This document shows, one piece after another, positions 61,182 to 64,000 of a stretch of DNA of 64,000 bases. The notes below the pieces were generated by a model. It saw only the letters and a list, made by a program, of their open reading frames with translations. It ran no database searches and was not told the DNA's origin. The position numbers and the translations under genes were made by a program. The stretch spans positions 4,496 to 68,495 of the forward strand of contig JAIQFA010000030.1 of NCBI GenBank assembly GCA_020073525.1. The letters are read 5' to 3'. Origin of the DNA: Terriglobia bacterium. Lineage in GTDB: Bacteria; Acidobacteriota; Terriglobia; Terriglobales; Acidobacteriaceae. The stretch's first letter is position 1; every line of letters starts with the position of its first letter.

Positions 61182-62657
61182 ATGCCCCTCGGCCTCTACA
61201 TCTCGGTCCCCTTCTGCCGGACCAAGTGCAGCTACTGCAACTTCGCTTCCGACGTCTTCTCAAAGTCGGCTTACGAAAATTATGTCGCCCGAGTGGTCGA
61301 AGACATAGCTGCCGCGCGTCAGTTGGCGCCAGAGCTGGGATGCGTGCTCGACGATACTGCCGATTCCATCTATCTAGGAGGAGGAACTCCTTCCATCCTC
61401 GATGCCGTGCAGTTGGTGCGCATCTTCGCCGCCGTGCGCAGTCAATTTGCGGTTGCACCCGACGCTGAAATCACCGTCGAATGCGCTCCGGGCACGCTGA
61501 CGCCGGCGCTCATTGAAACCTTGCTGCAATGTGGAGTGAATCGCGTCAGCCTGGGCGTGCAATCCTTCGTCGATCGGGAAGCGCAGTCTGTGGGCCGTCT
61601 CCACAAACGCGCCACGGTTCTGGAAGAGATTGGACGCCTGCGGGATGCTGGCCTCGCCAACATCAGCATTGACTTGATAGCCGGCCTGCCGCACCAGACG
61701 CCGGAAAGCTGGGCCTACTCCGTCTCGGAGACGATTGCGACGGGCGTTCCGCACGTCAGTATTTACATGCTCGAAGTGGACGACGATTCTCGCCTCGGCA
61801 GGGAACTGATCGCCGGCGGCGCCCGCTACCATGCCCACTTTGTCCCCGACGACGATGCGACCGCCGACTTCTACCAGCAGGCCTGCAAGATGCTAGCCGC
61901 CGCCGGCATCCAGCAGTACGAAATTTCCAACTTTGCCCGCAGCACGTCGCAGTTACAAAACAACGAGTCGCGCCATAACCAGAAATATTGGACGCGCCAG
62001 CCCTACCTAGGCTTCGGCGTAGATGCGCACTCGATGCTGAGACTGCCCGTGCCTGTGTGGGGACAGGCGCTCTCGCCCGTCCAAGCCGAGCGAAGCTCGG
62101 CAGCCACCGATGCTCACAGAGGCTGCATCGAATCCGGCCATCCCCAAGCAGTCCGCTTCGCAACCCCTGATTCTCTGGACGCCTACATGAATCACGCGCC
62201 GCACACCGTGACGCCCGTCTCCGCGCAAGCAGCCATGGAAGAATCTTTTTTCCTGGGTCTGCGCCTCAATCGCGGCATCGATCTCGATCACTTGCTAAAA
62301 CCCTTTGTCACTTGTCATCCTGAGCGGAGCGAAGGACCTGCTTTCTGTCGGCACCTGGCAAGAACTCGCGATTCATGCAGTTCTTGGGAAGGGCACGACT
62401 TCAGTCGTGCCGCAAACGCCGAAATAGGACAAGCGGCTTTAGCCGCTGAGGGATACGGCTTACAACAAGAATTCAGCCCCGACGTCGTCGCCGCTTGGGA
62501 ATCCGCGATCCGCCAATGCTTACAAGAAGGCCTTCTCGAACAGCAAGGCGCGACCCTGCGCCTCACCGCGCGCGGCCGTCTGTTATCTAACGAAGTCTTT
62601 GCGAGATTTCTTGTCGAAGAAACAAAAGTGGGAACCGGCCACGTGAATCCACGTTAG
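61182..62657 (+). CDS. hemW: Radical SAM HemW/HemN-like (oxygen-independent coproporphyrinogen oxidase family) protein with two repeat-derived insertions
   Basis: MPLGLYISVPFCRTKCSYCNF (CxxxCxxC), GGGTPS, C-terminal HemN_C-like LRLTARGRLLSNEVF. About 100 aa longer than expected from the motif spacing. Confidence 0.85.
   Translation: MPLGLYISVPFCRTKCSYCNFASDVFSKSAYENYVARVVEDIAAARQLAPELGCVLDDTADSIYLGGGTPSILDAVQLVRIFAAVRSQFAVAPDAEITVECAPGTLTPALIETLLQCGVNRVSLGVQSFVDREAQSVGRLHKRATVLEEIGRLRDAGLANISIDLIAGLPHQTPESWAYSVSETIATGVPHVSIYMLEVDDDSRLGRELIAGGARYHAHFVPDDDATADFYQQACKMLAAAGIQQYEISNFARSTSQLQNNESRHNQKYWTRQPYLGFGVDAHSMLRLPVPVWGQALSPVQAERSSAATDAHRGCIESGHPQAVRFATPDSLDAYMNHAPHTVTPVSAQAAMEESFFLGLRLNRGIDLDHLLKPFVTCHPERSEGPAFCRHLARTRDSCSSWEGHDFSRAANAEIGQAALAAEGYGLQQEFSPDVVAAWESAIRQCLQEGLLEQQGATLRLTARGRLLSNEVFARFLVEETKVGTGHVNPR
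62051..62103. repeat. TGTGTGG..twin-hairpin element inside hemW
   Basis: gcctgtgtggggacaggcgctctcgcccgtccaagccgagcgaagctcggcag. Translated as PVWGQALSPVQAERSSAA. Same DNA orientation as the copy at 55225-55281. Confidence 0.85.
62314..62458. repeat. Composite repeat block inside hemW (GTCATCCTGAGCGGAGCGAAGGACCTGC word + 8-bp hairpin + dual-hairpin element)
   Basis: gtcatcctgagcggagcgaaggacctgc 62314-62341. caagaact/agttcttg hairpin 62359-62386. Dual-hairpin element 62383-62458 (ggcacgac-ttca-gtcgtgcc; agcggc-ttta-gccgct), paralogous to 11548-11616. Confidence 0.8.
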
Positions 62658-62680
62658 TTGGCCGATCAGGGCCGTTCGGC

Positions 62681-63001
62681 TTAGGCCTGTCCGGTCCCCA
62701 CCATGTCAAAAACTTTGGGGAGGCCGATGCCCAAGATGGGCGGCTCAAATGCCAGAGCCTGTATTCCGGCCTCTCCCGAAAGACTCATCCACACAATCCG
62801 AAACTGCGCCCGCGACGCGCCCAGTTGCACGTCCAAAACCTCTCCGGCCTGGACCTTCGAGCGCACTCCGACCAGAACTGCTCCGCGGTTGCTGACGTTG
62901 CGCACCCGAACAATCTCCGCGAAGGGCCGTGCCATCTTGTCCATTCCCCAGATGCGAACCGGCAATTCCAGGTTCAGTCTGCGCTCTTTTCGCCGGTCCA
63001 T
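62681..63001 (-). CDS. PilZ-domain protein
   Basis: 106 aa from MDRRKERRLNLELPVRIWG...VRNVSNRGAVL (RxxxR ... D/NxSxxG c-di-GMP-binding pattern). The upstream extension to 63142 is unlikely. Confidence 0.55.
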   Translation of the reverse strand: MDRRKERRLNLELPVRIWGMDKMARPFAEIVRVRNVSNRGAVLVGVRSKVQAGEVLDVQLGASRAQFRIVWMSLSGEAGIQALAFEPPILGIGLPKVFDMVGTGQA

Positions 63002-63130
63002 TCGCGCTCCCGAATTCAAGCGGATCATAACCACGAACGCTTCTCTTTGATACATCACATCAGTTACTCGTAATGGGTACCTAAAGTGACGTTGTGGAAA
63101 GAAGGGATGACTACGGCACATTGGCGGGGA

Positions 63131-63193
63131 GTCGTTGGTCACTAGTCGTTGGTCGTTCGTGGGCTAGCGACTAAGGACCAACGACCAGACTAG
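63131..63193. repeat. GTCGTT-word hairpin element
   Basis: gtcgttggtc...ctagtcgttggtcgttcg...gaccaacgaccagactag. Same word as 34834 and 35047. Overlaps the stop of the FmdB-like gene. Confidence 0.8.
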
Positions 63194-63429
63194 TTGAAGT
63201 CTTTCATCGAGCAAGCGCCCGGTCCGCGAGGATCGCCGCACGATCCACACGGTCCTGCCTGCCTCGACGGTTGCGAACTCGATCCGCTCTTGGCCGATAC
63301 GGCGAACACCGAAAGCTGCGGCTCCAGCTTCTTGCTCTGGCACTTGGGGCATTCGGCCTTTTGTGTGCCGAAAATCAGCGCCTCAAACTCGTGCTGGCAT
63401 TCCTTGCAGATGTACTCAAAGATAGGCAT
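63190..63429 (-). CDS. FmdB-family zinc-ribbon regulatory protein
   Basis: MPIFEYICKECQHEFEALIFGTQKAECPKCQSKKLEP... (CxxC_CxxC_SSSS pattern); 79 aa from ATG 63429. Confidence 0.8.
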   Translation of the reverse strand: MPIFEYICKECQHEFEALIFGTQKAECPKCQSKKLEPQLSVFAVSAKSGSSSQPSRQAGPCGSCGDPRGPGACSMKDFN

Positions 63430-63478
63430 GAAGAAAACTCCGCAAAACAAATTCCTAGCTTCTATTTAAAATCAAACT

Positions 63479-64000
63479 GTGGGGACTACGCAAACACACG
63501 AGGGAACACGTCCGTTCAAAGCGCGCCGCTGGCTGAGCGGCGGACACGTGCAAACCCTCGCCAGCTTTTTGATCCAGCGACGCTTTCATCTTCCGGTGCC
63601 CGAGGAGCGCTTGGTCGAAGTCGAGCCCGGAATCAAGGTTCTGTGCCACTGCCACTGGCAAGCAGACCGGGCAAACGCGCTGACGATCATCATTGTGCAC
63701 GGACTCGAAGGATCGAGCGAATCGCAGTACATGCTGGGCGTCACCGAGAAAGCGCTGGCTGCGGGGATGAACGTGATCCGCTACAACCAGCGCAACTGCG
63801 GAGGCACGGACGACCTCGCTCCGGTCCTTTATCACTCCGGACTCTCCGGCGACGTGGCAGCGGTGGCGCGTGAGGTCATCGCGCGCGACGGCGTTTCTCG
63901 CCTGGCGCTGGTTGGCTTCTCCATGGGCGGCAACATCGTGCTCAAGCTCGCGGGCGAGTGGGGATTGCAAGCTCCACCGCAGTTCCGAGCCGCAGCCGTG
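63479..64000 (+). CDS. Alpha/beta hydrolase (YheT/ABHD-like), 3'-truncated by the window edge
   Basis: Not in the ORF track because no stop lies in the window. GTG 63479 follows an in-frame TAA at 63467. Translation ...RPFKARRWLSGGHVQTLASF...IIIVHGLEGSSESQY...LVGFSMGGN (GxSxG nucleophile elbow). Confidence 0.75.
   Translation, partial: MGTTQTHEGTRPFKARRWLSGGHVQTLASFLIQRRFHLPVPEERLVEVEPGIKVLCHCHWQADRANALTIIIVHGLEGSSESQYMLGVTEKALAAGMNVIRYNQRNCGGTDDLAPVLYHSGLSGDVAAVAREVIARDGVSRLALVGFSMGGNIVLKLAGEWGLQAPPQFRAAAV

Noticed and set aside
6405-63193. Possibility that the dispersed repeats represent a CRISPR array or a mobile element
   Set aside because: Copies are single or in inverted pairs, scattered over 57 kb. 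They have no regular repeat-spacer periodicity, no cas genes, no terminal inverted repeats flanking a transposase, and no integrase in the window.
63271-63970. 200-aa plus-strand ORF and 171-aa minus-strand ORF near the window end
   Set aside because: A third frame (63479 onward) gives a clean alpha/beta-hydrolase sequence with a GFSMGGN nucleophile elbow. The two listed ORFs are overlapping shadow frames.

Overview
GC-rich bacterial chromosomal segment. Gene content and repeat vocabulary fit Acidobacteriota (Terriglobia-like), but that is an inference, not a search result. About 60 protein-coding genes, one intact tRNA-His, one orphan tRNA-Pro 5' half; no rRNA, CRISPR, integrase, transposase or prophage. 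All family names come from motifs read by eye, not database hits.

Housekeeping blocks:
- uppS-(inserted membrane gene)-cdsA-dxr-rseP-ispG isoprenoid/envelope cluster
- ccmE-ccmABCD System I cytochrome c maturation cluster, with a CXXXY-type CcmE
- ppa, lpxB, an MsbA-like ABC exporter, rmuC, hemW-like radical SAM gene, UDP-sugar dehydrogenase

Accessory or conditional modules:
- Cpx-like two-component module with two LTXXQ (CpxP/Spy-like) periplasmic proteins and a secreted Thr/Gly/Asn 23/24-aa tandem-repeat protein, linked by a shared promoter box
- DeoR-SIS-PfkB sugar module plus amidohydrolases
- XRE-NfeD-membrane-flotillin-Gly-zipper-PspA-DUF4019-like membrane-stress cluster
- vapBC and an RHH/MazF-like toxin-antitoxin pair
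- ~1100-aa SBBP beta-propeller surface protein, a GH5 mannanase-like enzyme, an M1-peptidase homologue lacking its zinc ligands

The most unusual signal is non-genic. There are at least three families of short structured repeats:
- a ~70-nt dual-hairpin element, 5 copies
- a TGTGTGG..GC-hairpin element, at least 5 copies
- heptanucleotide-periodic word elements, at least 9 loci

Several copies sit in frame inside essential genes (lpxB, the ABC exporter, hemW) or supply the last codons of genes, reminiscent of Rickettsia palindromic elements. Also flagged: a promoter-plus-terminator unit for a ~50-nt candidate sRNA, and a tandem pair of small zinc-ribbon paralogues.
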